Positions 50,296 through 64,000 of a DNA stretch of 64,000 bases are shown in pieces (the stretch's first letter is position 1; every line of letters begins with the position of its first letter). Origin of the DNA: the human T2T-CHM13v2.0 reference genome, Homo sapiens; the NCBI RefSeq assembly GCF_009914755.1, contig NC_060927.1; one strand, 5' to 3'. The position numbers and the translations under genes were made by a program. Below the pieces are notes generated by a model that was not told the DNA's origin, ran no database searches, and saw only the letters and a list, made by a program, of their open reading frames with translations.

Positions 50296-51274
50296 GTAAG
50301 AGCAACTCAGGGGTTTGATGATGCACTTGGATGCAGGTGAATGATGGCTGGGGAGAGGGGTTCCATGAGCACAACCTACCAATCAGGAATCGCCTGATCC
50401 AGTGTGAATGGGCATTGGAGATGTTAGCAGAGATTTGTTGCTAAAAGAAGAGAACAAAACAGGGCTTGTGGGATCCTCAGGAGGAGGATGGCATGGAGTA
50501 GGGCGTTGACAAATGCTTATTGGATGAATAAAATGAATAGAGAGGGACAAAGAATGGCCATTGGCATCTGCATGAATCACAGAGATTGAAGAGACTTTTG
50601 GCTGCTGCACAGCCCTGTGTGATTCATGCAGACATCCGCGGCCATCTCTGCCTTTCATCAGCACAGCCACCCTCCCAGACTGCTCTCTGCATTTACAGGT
50701 TCAGAAGTAAAACAGGTTGCCATTTTCTGATGCCTGGGCCACCTGCCCTCTGAGGAGGCACTTCTGAGTAGGGAAGGGGAAGACTGCATCACAAGCATCC
50801 ACGGGTATTTCTGTGATTGGCGAAGATTCCCAACCAACTTGCAGCAGAAGTGGGGAGTTGCTGAAGGCCTTTGGCTGGGAGACCTGTAAAAGATCATTGT
50901 CAGAATATGCCCAAAGTAGAGCCAGGCCCACAATGAAACCATTTTCATTTCTGTAGGGTATCACTGAGCACCTAGAGGAAGGGTGAATGAGAATGGCCAT
51001 GATGCTGATATCTGGGGAGTGGAAGCTGATAGCTTCAGCCAGGAAGCAGAAGCTGAGAGCAGAGGGTCCAGTGGGCAGCATCAAAGAATGGGCAGAGCCT
51101 TCTGAGCAAGGACTTCAGAGTGATACCCAGTAGCTGGCTACACACATTACCAAAGCAACCAAACAATAGCTGTGGCTACAGATTAAAGGGTCAGTCATTG
51201 AAACATTGCTGGGATCACTGCTCTGGCCAGGCCCTATTCTGGATGCTGTGCCTATAGAGATAAAGGAAACCTTG

Positions 51275-51742
51275 CTCTAATGCTACGTAACAAATCATCC
51301 CCAAGACCTCAGTGGCTTAGCACAACAACAATTTATTTTGCTCATGAATCTGCAATTTGGGCCAGGTTTGGGAGGGACACCTCTGATCCATGTGGAGTCA
51401 GTTGCAGTAGCTCAAGGGCTGAGGCTTAGAATTGTCTGAAGCCTCTTTCATTCATATATTAGGTGGTCAGTGCCATCTTTCTAGGTGGCCTGCTTGGACT
51501 TCCTTAGAGCAAGCTGGGTCTCAAGAAAAAGCATCCCAAGAGAGGAATGAGGAATCTGTATTACTTTTGTGACCCAGCCTAGGAAGGCACATAGTGTCAC
51601 TTCCAACGTAGTGACAGGCCCAGATACAAGGGGAGAAAACAGGCCCCACATTTTGATGAAGGGACATCAACTCAATGTCTTCTTAAACATGATAGATGGG
51701 AGATCTTGTTGTGTTCATCTTAGACAGTATAACCTGCCATCA
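51275..51742 (-). mobile_element. MaLR LTR (MLT1-family), antisense
   Basis: tgct-cgtaacaaatcatccccaa...cagtggcttagcacaacaa...tttattttgctcatgaatctgcaatttgggc is the reverse complement of an MLT1 3' end. Ends tataacctgcca. Confidence 0.75.
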
Positions 51743-52799
51743 ATGTAGTCCCTACTCCTGCTAGTACCCAAAGCTTCTAGTAATCATTTGCCTATCTTAT
51801 ACTTTTTTTCCCCATAAGTTAAGTACAGATGTAGTAAGTGAAGAAGTTCTTAAATCTTCCTGGAGAATCTAGGGAAGGCTTCAAAGAGGAGGAAGAATTT
51901 ATCTGAGATTAGAGAATGAGGAATTTGCCAGACAAGCGAGAAGCAGGTAGGTAGGCTGATGGAACAGCGAAACAGTGTATATGAAGGCCGAAGTAAATGT
52001 GGACCTATTTGGTAATTTATCAGCTGCTGCATGGTAGCTCCAGCACTCAGAAACAGAGCTTAGGGGCTGTAGTGTGGAAGGGTAGCTGGGGGACTTGTCT
52101 AGAAGCACACTACTGAAGCTACCTTTGTACAACAGGAACATGCTTTTTGCCCAGTCTGGGTCACTAGGAAGTAGTGGCTTTTGTTTTTCTGAGGGTGCAG
52201 GGGTGGAGAACAACTGATGTAGATTACTGAGCCCATGTACTTTCCCTAGGACAGCCTCCTTGAGGGTATGGGGTTATGCTTTGTATTTGGAAACTCCAAT
52301 ACCTAACACAGTGCACACCTGGTAAATGCTAGTTGACTAAAAGATTATTTCTCAAACAAAAATGCTAGGGAGTGGCACGAGAGCTCTAGTCATCCTGTGT
52401 GTACATTATCTCTCACTGTCCTTGCTGCCACACCTGTCATGTCAGTGCAATCATTGTCTATGCTTTCCTGGGGACATTCATTTATTATCAGAGATCTCAT
52501 GAAGACAGTTGAATAAACAAAGTTGAATGAAGTTGAGTTGAATAAACAAAGTTGAATAAACTTGAATAAAAGGCAATGTGAGAAGGAAAAGCATTTTCTG
52601 GAACCACTGTCAAGACCCTTTTGGGAGTCATTTATTTCCTACCAGTCACCTGATTGTACTTCAGAGAGAGTCACTGCTTGATTTGGGGACTGTGATCACA
52701 CTCCCCCGCTGGAGTGTGCAGGGGAACAGGGAGATTCATTCTCATGAGCCTGCGGAAAATCAAAACCCCACACTGCTGCTCTTCCTAGGGCCTGTTTTC

Positions 52800-53788
<989 letters not shown>

Positions 53789-54446
53789 TCACGGAGGCAT
53801 GTTGGACACCAGCATTTCTCATGTTGATGAGCTGAGCTTGCAGGGGAAGAAAACCTGGGGGCATGAGAGGAGCACGGGAAAACAGAGGAGCAGGCATGGT
53901 AAGAAAGGAGTGGTGGGAGCAGGCAGTGCCAGGAGGAGAGGGGGAAATGAAGCGTTTCTGACTCCTCACACTGCATGGAGGCAGGTAATCTATAAATCTA
54001 ATTTCAGCCTTACTACCGAACCCTGGAGCATAGCAACATTAATTGACATATCTGCTGCTTGATAAAATCGAAAAATAGGTCATCAGTTCAGTTCTACAGG
54101 GTCCATCTTCTGGGAAGTAGGATAATTTTAGGATCACTACTCAGAGAAGAAAGGAAAAGGATTAGTCTTCAATTTCTGGAACTGTTTCCTCCCCTCCAAC
54201 TTCTCCTTTCCCACTGGTCATAGCGTCTTTGGAGAGTGGCTACGGTTCTAGCCCTGAATCAGCATCTGAGAGATACCATTATGCTTCAACCACACATTCA
54301 GTAGATGGTTCATTATTATCAATTTTCTAAAAATTATTGTGCCATGGATTATATAGCATACAAATCCATAATTAAATTTTTCCTTCTTGATACTCAAATT
54401 CAAGGGATTCAACCTGGTGGCTCTTCCGTAATATTAGAAACAATTC

Positions 54447-54610
54447 GGCTGGGCGCGGTGGCTCACGCCTGTAATCCCAGCTCTCAGGGAGGAAAGAGGC
54501 TGGAGGATAGCTTGAGCCCAGGAGTTTGAGACCTGCCTGGGCCATATAGCGAGACCCCGTTCTCCAGAAAAAGGAAAAAAAAAAAAAAGACAAAAAAAAT
54601 AATAATAAGC
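54447..54610 (+). pseudogene. BC200 (BCYRN1) RNA retropseudogene
   Basis: Carries BC200-specific segments absent from ordinary FLAM/Alu: CAGCTCTCAGGGAGG, GGAGGATAGCTTGAGCCC, GACCTGCCTGGGC, ATATAGCGAGACCCCGTTCTCCAGAAAAAGGAAAA...AAGACAAAA...ATAAGC. TSD GAAACAATTC at 54437-54446 and 54611-54620. Confidence 0.92.
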
Positions 54611-56194
54611 GAAACAATTCCTGAAGCTGTGACCAGTATCCCATGGTTTAGTTAACATGGTTCTTGACATGCTCCATAAGGCCTTCTTGCCTAAAGCTTG
54701 GCTTTGTGGTTGCTGCTGGTTCTTTCACAGATAATCATAACTGGAAGACTCTTGAAAGTCGCTGAGTAATGTCAAACGGGGACATTTCTCATCAGAGAAG
54801 CTCATTCATGGGCTGCAGCTAGAAGATAGCAACCCAGAAGTCAGGAAGAGAACACCAGATTGGAAGTCCTGAGACCAAGGTTCTGCTTTGGCTTCTGCTG
54901 TGAGTCACCCTGTGGCCTGGAGCAAACCTGTTAACTCAATTTTCCAATTTATAAACTAAAGGCATTGAGCTAGATGAGCTTGAAAGGTCCCTTTCAGTTA
55001 GAAAAAATCTATGATTCATTTTGTTCAAACAAATCAAATAAGAGTTTCATTTCCTGAAGTGGATTCGTCAATGAAAGTTGAAATACCTAAATCCTTCCTG
55101 TCTAATATAAGGGCCAGCAAGTGGCTTCGGTGCATTTGCAGAAAAGCAATTTCAGCAGAAAGCACTTCATGAAGGGAGGAAAGTTTAAATCACCTCACCT
55201 AGACCTGTATTTCTTCTCTGTACTATGTTTTTACTATGTGCTCAGCATGGAGCCAGGTTCTTTCCCAAAGTCACCAAGAAATAAGTTAGTTTTTTTTTTT
55301 CTTATCTTGTTCATCTTTGAATGCTGCTGTTCATATCTCTGGAAGTTCTTTTTGGAGAATTATGCCAATCAACTGAGCATGTAACAGTTAAACATGCCAG
55401 AAAAATCTTAATATGTTTTTATCTTTAAATTTCACCAAGGTTACGAATTCAGCAGACATGACCCTACATATCTTGATATGTGGTTCTCTTGAAGATTCTA
55501 AAGAAAATGTATTGCCCATTGCAGAGTCAGCATATTCCAATGGCAAAAGCACAGATAGGAGTTAGGAGACCCAGATAAGAGTAGCATCACTAATCCATCA
55601 TGGTTCTTCTCCCTGCAAAGCTTATGCACAGCCTTTTTCTCCACACAGCGTTTGAGGCCACCATTACCAGTTGATCGGAGATGGGTTGTCAGTGGAGAAG
55701 TGATTTACCATTCTGAACTTTGATTACTGTTATAACTCAAACCCACACCGTGATTTAAGGCTGATCACATACATTTTCTGGACCTCCTTTATCTTGTCTG
55801 TGAAAACAATATAATATTGCCTGTCTTGCCTACTGCACAGGACTGGTTTTAAGGATCTAAACATATTCTGTAAGTATTATGTGCCATTCAAAAGTCAAGT
55901 GATGGATGCTACCAACATTTGTGACTAATTGAGCCAAAGTTTAGGCCTGCATCATTAGGTCCCAACCATCTCCTACAATTACAGGTGCCTATCTGTTACC
56001 TGCTGAGCTCAGCATGTGCTGAGTAGTGGGCTCCCCAAGGACAATGATCCCAGGATGTTTCACACACACACCCAGGAAGCCATGAAAACCCAGAGTTCTG
56101 GTCCCAGGTGTCCTCAGTCTCTCTCACCACACTCATCTGAGGTACAGGGGAACTGACTTGTGAGCCGTTACTTAGGCTCTGCTGATGTTAGCAG

Positions 56195-56425
56195 GGATCA
56201 TTGCTACCGTCTTAGGATACACAAGGCACTGAGCTAGGGCCTTTCATATGTGTTATCTCATTTAGTCTCACCAGAACCCTATGAAGAACGGACACTATGT
56301 TCTTATTTTACAGATGTGGAAATAACTGCTCTGGAGGTTAAATAACTTGCCCAAGCCCACACAACCACTAAGCTGCAGAGCCTGGATCCAAATCAGGTCT
56401 GCTGGCTCCAAAGCCTGGACCTTTC
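56195..56425 (-). mobile_element. MIR SINE, antisense
   Basis: aggcactgagctagg...ttatctcatttagtctcac...aaccctatgaag...attttacagatgtggaaa...gaggttaaataacttgcccaag...tctgctggctccaaagcc. Confidence 0.8.
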
Positions 56426-58021
56426 CTCATTTCTTGGTCTTTTTTGACCCCAGAAACTATAAAATTTATAATCTAAATTTTAAAACAAATCAGATAATAA
56501 AGAAGTTCTAAGAAGACTTAAATGACTTAAAGCAAAAATGTAGACACATTGCTGCATGCACTTTCAACATTACTGTTCTCAAAGTTGTTTAAGCCACCCC
56601 AGTGCTCTCCCCAAATGCCATCTTTTTTAGGGAGACATTCTGTATGTGTAGACACTGTTGCCTATACTTACAGAGAGGAAATAATAGACTGAATTGAAAA
56701 AATACAATCCATGTGACTTGTGGCTGAGATACACCTCTGTAATATATAGAAATTGCATGACAACTTTCTGAAGAAGCAAATCCCCAGAGACCTACTTGGA
56801 GAAAATGCTTCGTGCTAGCAACAGCCTGCCTAACTTCTTGAGAAGGTGTTGATTGAAGTGTATTAGTGAGAAGGAAGATCTGCATCACTCACTGCACATC
56901 CAGCTCACAGATGGGCAACGTGCTGAAAACCAGTCAGAGTTTCCAAAAAGTAGCTCTAAACTTTCTTTTTGAGTTGCTTAGAAGAATCTATTATGGAGAA
57001 AGCATACATTCAATCTCCTGGGCAGGTTTGGAGGTGGTTAAAGTTAGAGTTAGAAATAGCCTGGAACTTGAAGTGTGTCAAACACAATATGTTTGGGGGC
57101 CCTTCTACTGGCAGACATCTTTAGGAGGGAGAAAGTCAATTTGCTCTATTTCTTCAATTGATCAAGGAGCATAACCCCCAGAACATGGATCCAGGCTTGC
57201 AATCTTGCATGAGGAACAGAGTTTCCAACAATTCATGCAATCATTGTTAGACTTTTTGATTGTTGTTGTTGTTGCTCCTAAGTAGAGTATTTTTATAACA
57301 GGTCTTTTATTTTTCCTTGCTTATTTTTGCATAGAAAATGCTTTTGCAGGAGCATATGCATGTGAGTGCATTGTGTAACATCTCGCATACAGTAGATGCT
57401 CAATGATGGGAGCTCCTCTCATTGTCTATGCTTTCTGCATTTCACATAAGGACTCTGGGATGCAGGTCGTGGTTGCCTTGCAGAGTGCCTATGTTTAGCA
57501 GTAAACATAGACTAGACCCCAGGTGTCCTGCTTCCATCTCTCCTCCAGTCAGAGCATTCTAATGACTAGGCTGTGCTCTACTTATAGAACATAATTCTCA
57601 GCCCTTTGGGGAGCATTTGGGGCTAGATTAGATGGGAAAATATGTTCTTGGCAGTATAGCTTAGGGTCTACTGATTTAACTGGTGTGTGCAAAGTCAAGA
57701 CCCAGGAGCCTTGGGGAGATAGGAGGAAGACACTGTTTTATTCACTGAAGAGTCTGTTGTCTAACCAGAGGGAGGGCATCCACCCAAGAAACTCTGAGCC
57801 CACAAATGATAGGAGAGAGGACAGCACTGCAGGTTGCCATGAAGAGGAGCAGCAACAGCTCCCATTCACTAGGAGAGTTCCCTGTGCCAGACGCTGTGCA
57901 TGAGGTTCCCCTGACCCACTGTCCCTATGAGGTAGGTGTGGTTATACCAGTCTAAGGGCTGAAAGCCCTGGGATTACCCAGAGAAGGTGCTTTACATGCT
58001 TGATTTTGGAAAGAGGAAAAG

Positions 58022-58800
58022 ATGTATTCATCATTCATTCAACTTGTGTTTATTGAGATTTTCTATCTACCTTAAAGTTTACAGCACTGATAATACTATG
58101 GTGACCAAAAAGGACAGAGTTCTTGTCCTCGAAGAGTATAAAATCAAGCAGCAGAGACAGACAGACAGAAAGACACACACACACACGATTAAAACTTGTG
58201 ATATGTGCTAAGAAGACTAAGAGTATGCACTAAACATTTGTCATGAGAAAGTGCTAATCATATTTTGGGGGGGAGTTAAAGGGATGTCCTCTCTAAGAAA
58301 GTGACATTTAAGCGGAGAACTGAAGGGCAAGTAGATGTCGATTGTTGGAGGGAAAACAGAGGGAATAGCACATGTTGAGGGCCCTAAGGCAGGAAGAGTT
58401 TGTCTTGGAAAAGAAGAAAGGGTGCCAGTCACTGTGGCTTTAGTACATTAGTGATGGGTATGGTGGCCTAAGGTAAGGCAGTAGCTGATCCCAGGCGGTC
58501 TCATGGACTGTGCTAAGGAGTTTGGAGATTTTCCTTAATGCAATGGGAGGCTATTAGATATTTTTAAGCCAGGGACTGACATGGCCTGATTTATGTCTTA
58601 AAAAGATGGCTCTGGCTGGAGAGAATGGATTGGGGGGCTGGCAAGGAGGCTGTTGTAGGTGATGGATGATGGCGACTTGGTTGGACTGGCGGCAGTGGAG
58701 ATGGAAAGAAGTGAATGGGTTTGAGATGTAATTTGGAGACAAAATTGACAGGGCTTGGCAAGGAGAAGAGAACAAAACATTCAAGGAGAAGAATGGGGGA
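58022..58800 (-). mobile_element. L2 LINE, antisense
   Basis: attcatcattcattcaac...tttattgag start, then a purine-rich L2 body (aaggagtttggagattttcct...caatgggaggcta...ggcagtggagatggaaagaagtgaatgg). Confidence 0.8.
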
Positions 58801-58944
58801 TGGGAGTGGGAAGAGAGGAGGACACAGTGAGTGGCTTGGCCTGGAGCAGACAGAAGCTGACAAGCAGCAGGGCCACAACATCTCTCCCTCTGCTTAACCA
58901 TTGAAGCCCGTCTTGATCCCAATGCCCTCTATGTCTTATTACAG

Positions 58945-59160
58945 CAAAATGACGGGCAGTTCACCGTGATCCAGCTTGTGGGTATGCTCAGGGGCATCGC
59001 TGCTGGCATGAAGTACCTGGCTGAGATGAATTATGTGCATCGGGACCTGGCTGCTAGGAACATTCTGGTCAACAGTAACCTGGTGTGCAAGGTGTCCGAC
59101 TTTGGCCTCTCCCGCTACCTCCAGGATGACACCTCAGATCCCACCTACACCAGCTCCTTG
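58945..59160 (+). CDS. EPHB1: EPHB1 coding exon (probably exon 12), kinase catalytic and activation loops
   Basis: Acceptor atgtcttattacag|C and donor TCCTTG|gtgagt. 216 nt, phase 0->0. Encodes [72 protein letters not shown]. Confidence 0.98.
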
Positions 59161-59569
59161 GTGAGTCCTTCTTGGCATTCTCAAGTAGAAGCATGGCATG
59201 AGTTAAAGGGGACTCTACATGGCTGGGAACTGTGACAGGGCACACTGGGAGGGAATGGAACCTGAACTGAGCTCTCCACTGAAAGACCAAGATGCCAGGA
59301 GGACCATCCAGCTGGGAGAAGCCATAGCAGCTGGTTGTTCAAGCAAGAAAGCAAGCATTTGGGCTTGGACTGTGAGGAAGGGTCAGTGTCTATTATGAAG
59401 CTATAGTGTTCCTTGGGAAGAGGAAATTTTGGAACAGATGATTTGAGGGAATCCAAGCAGGTAGACACTGGTACCAGAGGCATCTGTCAGCAGAGAGCAG
59501 ACCCCAGGCATGCATGAGGCCTTCAGTCTGCAGCTGGGTTGGGAACTGTGTCACTAGGTAGACTCTTGA

Positions 59570-60050
59570 TCCCCTTCTCTCTTCTCTCTATATTGCTTCC
59601 AAATAGCTCTAAGTACCGTCAACACGATGAGTACTCTTAAACTTGTATTTCCTGCTCAGCCTCCCCCTCTACATTCTGAGCAGCTCTAATTATCTATATC
59701 CAACTGCCTAGTTCACACAATTTCATTTAGAACTTTAACAAGCCCAAAATAGAGCTTGGGATTTACTCTCCAATATCCTCTCCCTAGTCCCTCCATCTCA
59801 GTAGTTGGCACCACTTAACTAAAGAATGAAACCTAGGAATGATGTTTGATTTCTTTCTGTGTCCATTTATTTTCAATCCCTCAGCGGCCCCCATAGGGTA
59901 CCAAAAAATCTATCCCTCTTTCCATCTCTACTGCCCCCACCCTATTCCAAAGCACCATTCCCTTTCACCTGGATTGTTACAGTGGCTTCCTAACTGGTGT
60001 CCCTTTCCTTTTGTCTCCTTACATCCATTTCAACAGCACCCAAAGTGACT
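59570..60050 (+). mobile_element. L2 fragment, sense
   Basis: tatatccaactgccta...aaacctagga...tctactgcc...caagcacca...ttcacctggatt-ttacagtggcttcctaactgg. Approximate. Confidence 0.65.
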
Positions 60051-60151
60051 GATCTACCTACTAACCTGTCTATCTGTCTATCCTCTTTAAACCTGCAAAA
60101 GTAATGCATAATTATTACAAAAATCAAAACAATGCAGAGAAGTAAAAGGAA

Positions 60152-60912
60152 ACGCCAATTAGAATGGCAATCATTAAAAAGTCAGGAAACAACAGATGCT
60201 GGTGAGGCTGTGGAGAAATAGGAATGCTTTTACACTGCTGCTGGGAGTGTAAATTAGTTCAACCATTGTGGAAGACAGTGTGGTGATTCCTCACATATCT
60301 AGAACCAGAAATACCATTTGACCCAGCAATCCTTTACTGGGTATATACCCAAAGGATTAAAAATCATTCTACTATAAAGACACATGCACATGTATGTTTT
60401 TTGCAGCACTATTCTCAATAGCAAAGACTTGGAACCAACCCAAATGCCCATCAATGATAGACTGGATAAAGAAAATGGCACATATACACCATGGAATACT
60501 ATGCAGCCATATAAAAGAATGAGTTCGTGTCCTTTGCAGGGACATGCATGAAGCTGGAAACCATCATTCTTAGAAAACTAACACAGGAACGGAAAACCAA
60601 ACACTACATGTTCTCACTCATAAGTGGGAGTCGAACAATGAGAACACATGGACACAGGGAGACATCACACATGGACACATGTGACACATGTGAACATCAC
60701 ACACTGGGGTTTGTCAGCAGATGAGGAGCAAGGGGAGGGAGAGCATTAGGACAAATTCCTAATGCATTCAGGGCTTAAAACCTAGATGATGGGTTAATGG
60801 GTGCAACAAACCACCAGGGCACATGTATACCTATGAAACAAACCTGCATATTCTGTGTGTGTATCCCAGAACTTAAAGTAAAATTTAAAAAAAAGAATAA
60901 AAAATAAACTAA
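60152..60912 (+). mobile_element. 5'-truncated L1PA (older, roughly L1PA7-10), sense
   Basis: ORF2 end and 3' UTR (attaaaaagtcaggaaacaacagatgctgg...cttaaaacctagatgatggg...cccagaacttaaagtaaaattt) with an A-rich tail. Frame disrupted. Confidence 0.92.
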
Positions 60913-60924
60913 AATTCCCCTGAG

Positions 60925-61146
60925 GCAGGGATTGGTAAACTTTTTCTCAAACGGCCATCTAGTAAATATTCTAGGCTTTGCCGGCTAAGAGGCAAAATGA
61001 AAGATACCATGTAGATAATTATATAACCATTTAGAATGTAACTAACCCCTTAAAAAGTTATAAATATCATTCTTAGCTCATGAACTATCAAAAAAGGGAC
61101 CAGCCAGGTTTAGCTTTCAGACCATAGTTTACCTGCACCTGCCCTG
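60925..61146. mobile_element. MER58-family MITE
   Basis: cagggattggtaaacttttt...gtaaatatt-taggctttgc-ggc-aagaggcaaaat...cattcttagctc...gaccatagttt...ccctg. Confidence 0.7.
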
Positions 61147-61547
61147 ACGCATTAATTTTCAACAATTAGGTGTGCCTTCTTTGACATTTTTCTTTTTGGT
61201 CAAAAATTTGAAAATTTTTATTCTACAAAATTTGGATCATATTATGCCTATTCCTCTGTGATCTGGGGTGTCTTTTGGGCATCATTGCCGCCAAGATTAC
61301 TTTTATGAAAGTTAGCAAACATTCACACTCTACCAGGAGTGTATGGTGCCGGGCTTCAGCATCCTCACCAGGCCTGGAGGTGATCCACCCTCACAAAGGG
61401 TTGCTGCTTCAACAATGAAAAATGATGCCTCATTTTTAAATTTCACATATGTCTACTTTTTTAATTTTTAATTTTAATTTTTTGATTTTTAGTTTTTGTA
61501 GGTACAGAGCAAGTGTATATATTTATAGGGTACATGAGATGTTTTGA

Positions 61548-62279
<732 letters not shown>

Positions 62280-62634
62280 TAAAATGTATAATTGAATTAT
62301 TGTTGACTATAGTTACCCTGTTTTGCTATCAAATACTAGGTTTTATTCTTTTTTTTTTTTTTTTTTTTTTGGTATTTAACCATACCCCCTACCACCACCC
62401 CCTACCACCACCCTTCCCAACCTCTGGTAACCATCCTTCTACTCTCTATCTCCATGAGTTCAATTGTTTTAATTTTTAGATCCCACAAATAAGTGAGAAC
62501 ATTTAATGTTTATCTTTCTGTACCTGGCTTATTTCACTTAGCATAATGACCTTCAATTGCATCCGTGTTGCTGCAAATGACAGGATCTCATTATTTTTTA
62601 TGGCTGAATAGTACTCCATTGTGTATAAGTACCA

Positions 62635-64000
62635 TCATTTTGTTTTAATTTACATTTTCAACTGACTGCTAGTGACATTGATATCTTTTCACATGGTGCA
62701 GGGATTTGTGTTTTCTATTGTTTGTACGTGTCCTTATCTATTTTTCTATCGGGTTGTTTGTTGATTTCTGAGAAACTTATAGAAAGTCTTTTTATATTAC
62801 AGACATTACTCCTTTGCCTGCCATGTGTGATACAATTTATCTTTTCCCCCATCTGTTATTCCTTTATACTGTTTATGATACCCTCTGGCTTATAAAGTGG
62901 TTAACATTCATGTAATAGCTATGTCTTCTTGGGTTACCTGGTTTATTTTAAAAGTTATGTTCACTCCAAGGCTATAAAATATTTCCTGGTTTCCTGGGCT
63001 ATTTTATTGGGAAGGGGGTTTGTTTTATATTTGAATATTTAGTACCTGTGAAATGTATTTATTTTTCCCACATTTTATTTTGAAAAATTTCAAGCACACA
63101 GAGAACTTGATAGAATTTGGCAGAGAACAGTCATATGCCTACCACCTAGATTCTGGAATTAATATCTTGGTACATTTGCTTTATCATGTAACTATCCGTC
63201 TATCCATCCCTCTGCCCATCCATCACACCATCTATTGTTTTGATGTATTTCCAAGTGATTTGCAGACATCATTACATATCACCCCTAGCCATTTTAGCAT
63301 ACATGTCTCTAACATGTATTTGTTTATGGTTCTTTTTTAAGGTAAAGTGTGCATAGAGTAAAACTCACAAGTCTCAAGTGTACATTTATAGAGTTTTTAA
63401 AAATGCATGCAACTGTGTAACCCAAACTTTCATCAAGATACAGAACATTGCCATCAAACCAGGAATCCCCCTAACCTCATCCCTCCCCATTGCATCCTCA
63501 CCCACATCCATACCCAGAGGCAACCACTGTTCTAATTTTTTTGACCATCAATTGGTTTTATAACTTCATATAAGTGGAATCATACAGCATATGCTTTTTT
63601 GCATCTGGTTGCTTTCACTTGCATTATATTTAAGAGAACCGTTCATGTTGTGTGTGAAGCAGGAGTTTGTTCCTTTTATTGCTGAGTAATATTCCATGGT
63701 TTATTTGTCCATTCACTTGTTGATAGACACCAGGAATATTCCGGAATTCATTTTTGACTATGTATTGGGAAGTATATTCTCACACTGTTTTGTTCAGGTG
63801 AACAATTATGCCAGCACTACTTATTAAATATATTATTCATTTTTTATTGAATCATATGTCATCCTTGACATATTAAGTTCATTATATGAAACTATGTTTT
63901 GATTCTCAATTCTGCTCTTTTAATCTATTTATTCTTATGCTCAACCGTGTTGTCCTGATTATAATAATGTTAGCAAAAGTTTTCCTGTCTGTATTCTGAT
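62635..64000 (-). mobile_element. Mosaic of ancient antisense L1M fragments (L1MB/MC/ME-type)
   Basis: L1M-type motifs ttttaatttacatttt...gactgctagtga, ttttattttgaaaaatttcaagcacacaga, and gaggcaaccactgttct...aacttcatataagtggaatcatacag. Subfamilies not resolved. Confidence 0.65.

Noticed and set aside
49852-50382. 176-aa minus-strand ORF
   Set aside because: Shadow ORF antisense to exon 11, with no independent coding evidence.
52508-52571. Degenerate GTTGAATAAA(CAAA) tandem repeat with several AATAAA
   Set aside because: Probably slippage of an L2-type tail. The hexamers are far from any exon and no function can be supported.
54447-54610. Calling this an ordinary FLAM_C or the functional BC200 gene
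   Set aside because: BC200-specific motifs exclude FLAM_C. The TSD and the missing C-rich unique domain and Pol III terminator exclude the source gene.

Overview
This is human genomic DNA: an AluYa5 carrying all five subfamily diagnostics is present. The window lies inside the EPHB1 receptor tyrosine kinase gene on the + strand. Seven consecutive coding exons splice with canonical AG/GT sites and matching phases into a 1049-nt stop-free frame. They are probably exons 6-12, numbered from recalled gene structure, with lengths 125, 163, 109, 65, 123, 248 and 216 nt. They cover the second FN3 domain, the transmembrane helix, the juxtamembrane tyrosines, and the kinase domain through HRD/DFG and the activation loop. 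Everything else is intron, rich in Alu, L1, L2, L3/CR1, MIR, ERVL/MaLR LTRs and hAT-type MITEs. No new multi-gene system is demonstrable from the sequence. The strongest leads are five: (1) an 81-nt in-frame, stop-free candidate cassette exon with strong splice sites inside an LTR33-like element in the juxtamembrane intron; (2) a sense LTR16-like element just upstream of the first kinase exon, with a donor and an in-frame intronic ATG, resembling ALK-ATI geometry; (3) a tailless BC200 retrocopy with a target-site duplication (TSD); (4) an L1PA2-like fragment whose flank supplies an in-frame ATG to an intact ORF2p C-terminus; (5) inverted repeat pairs bracketing frame-neutral exons. Repeat family names come from recalled consensus sequences, and boundaries of old repeats are approximate.
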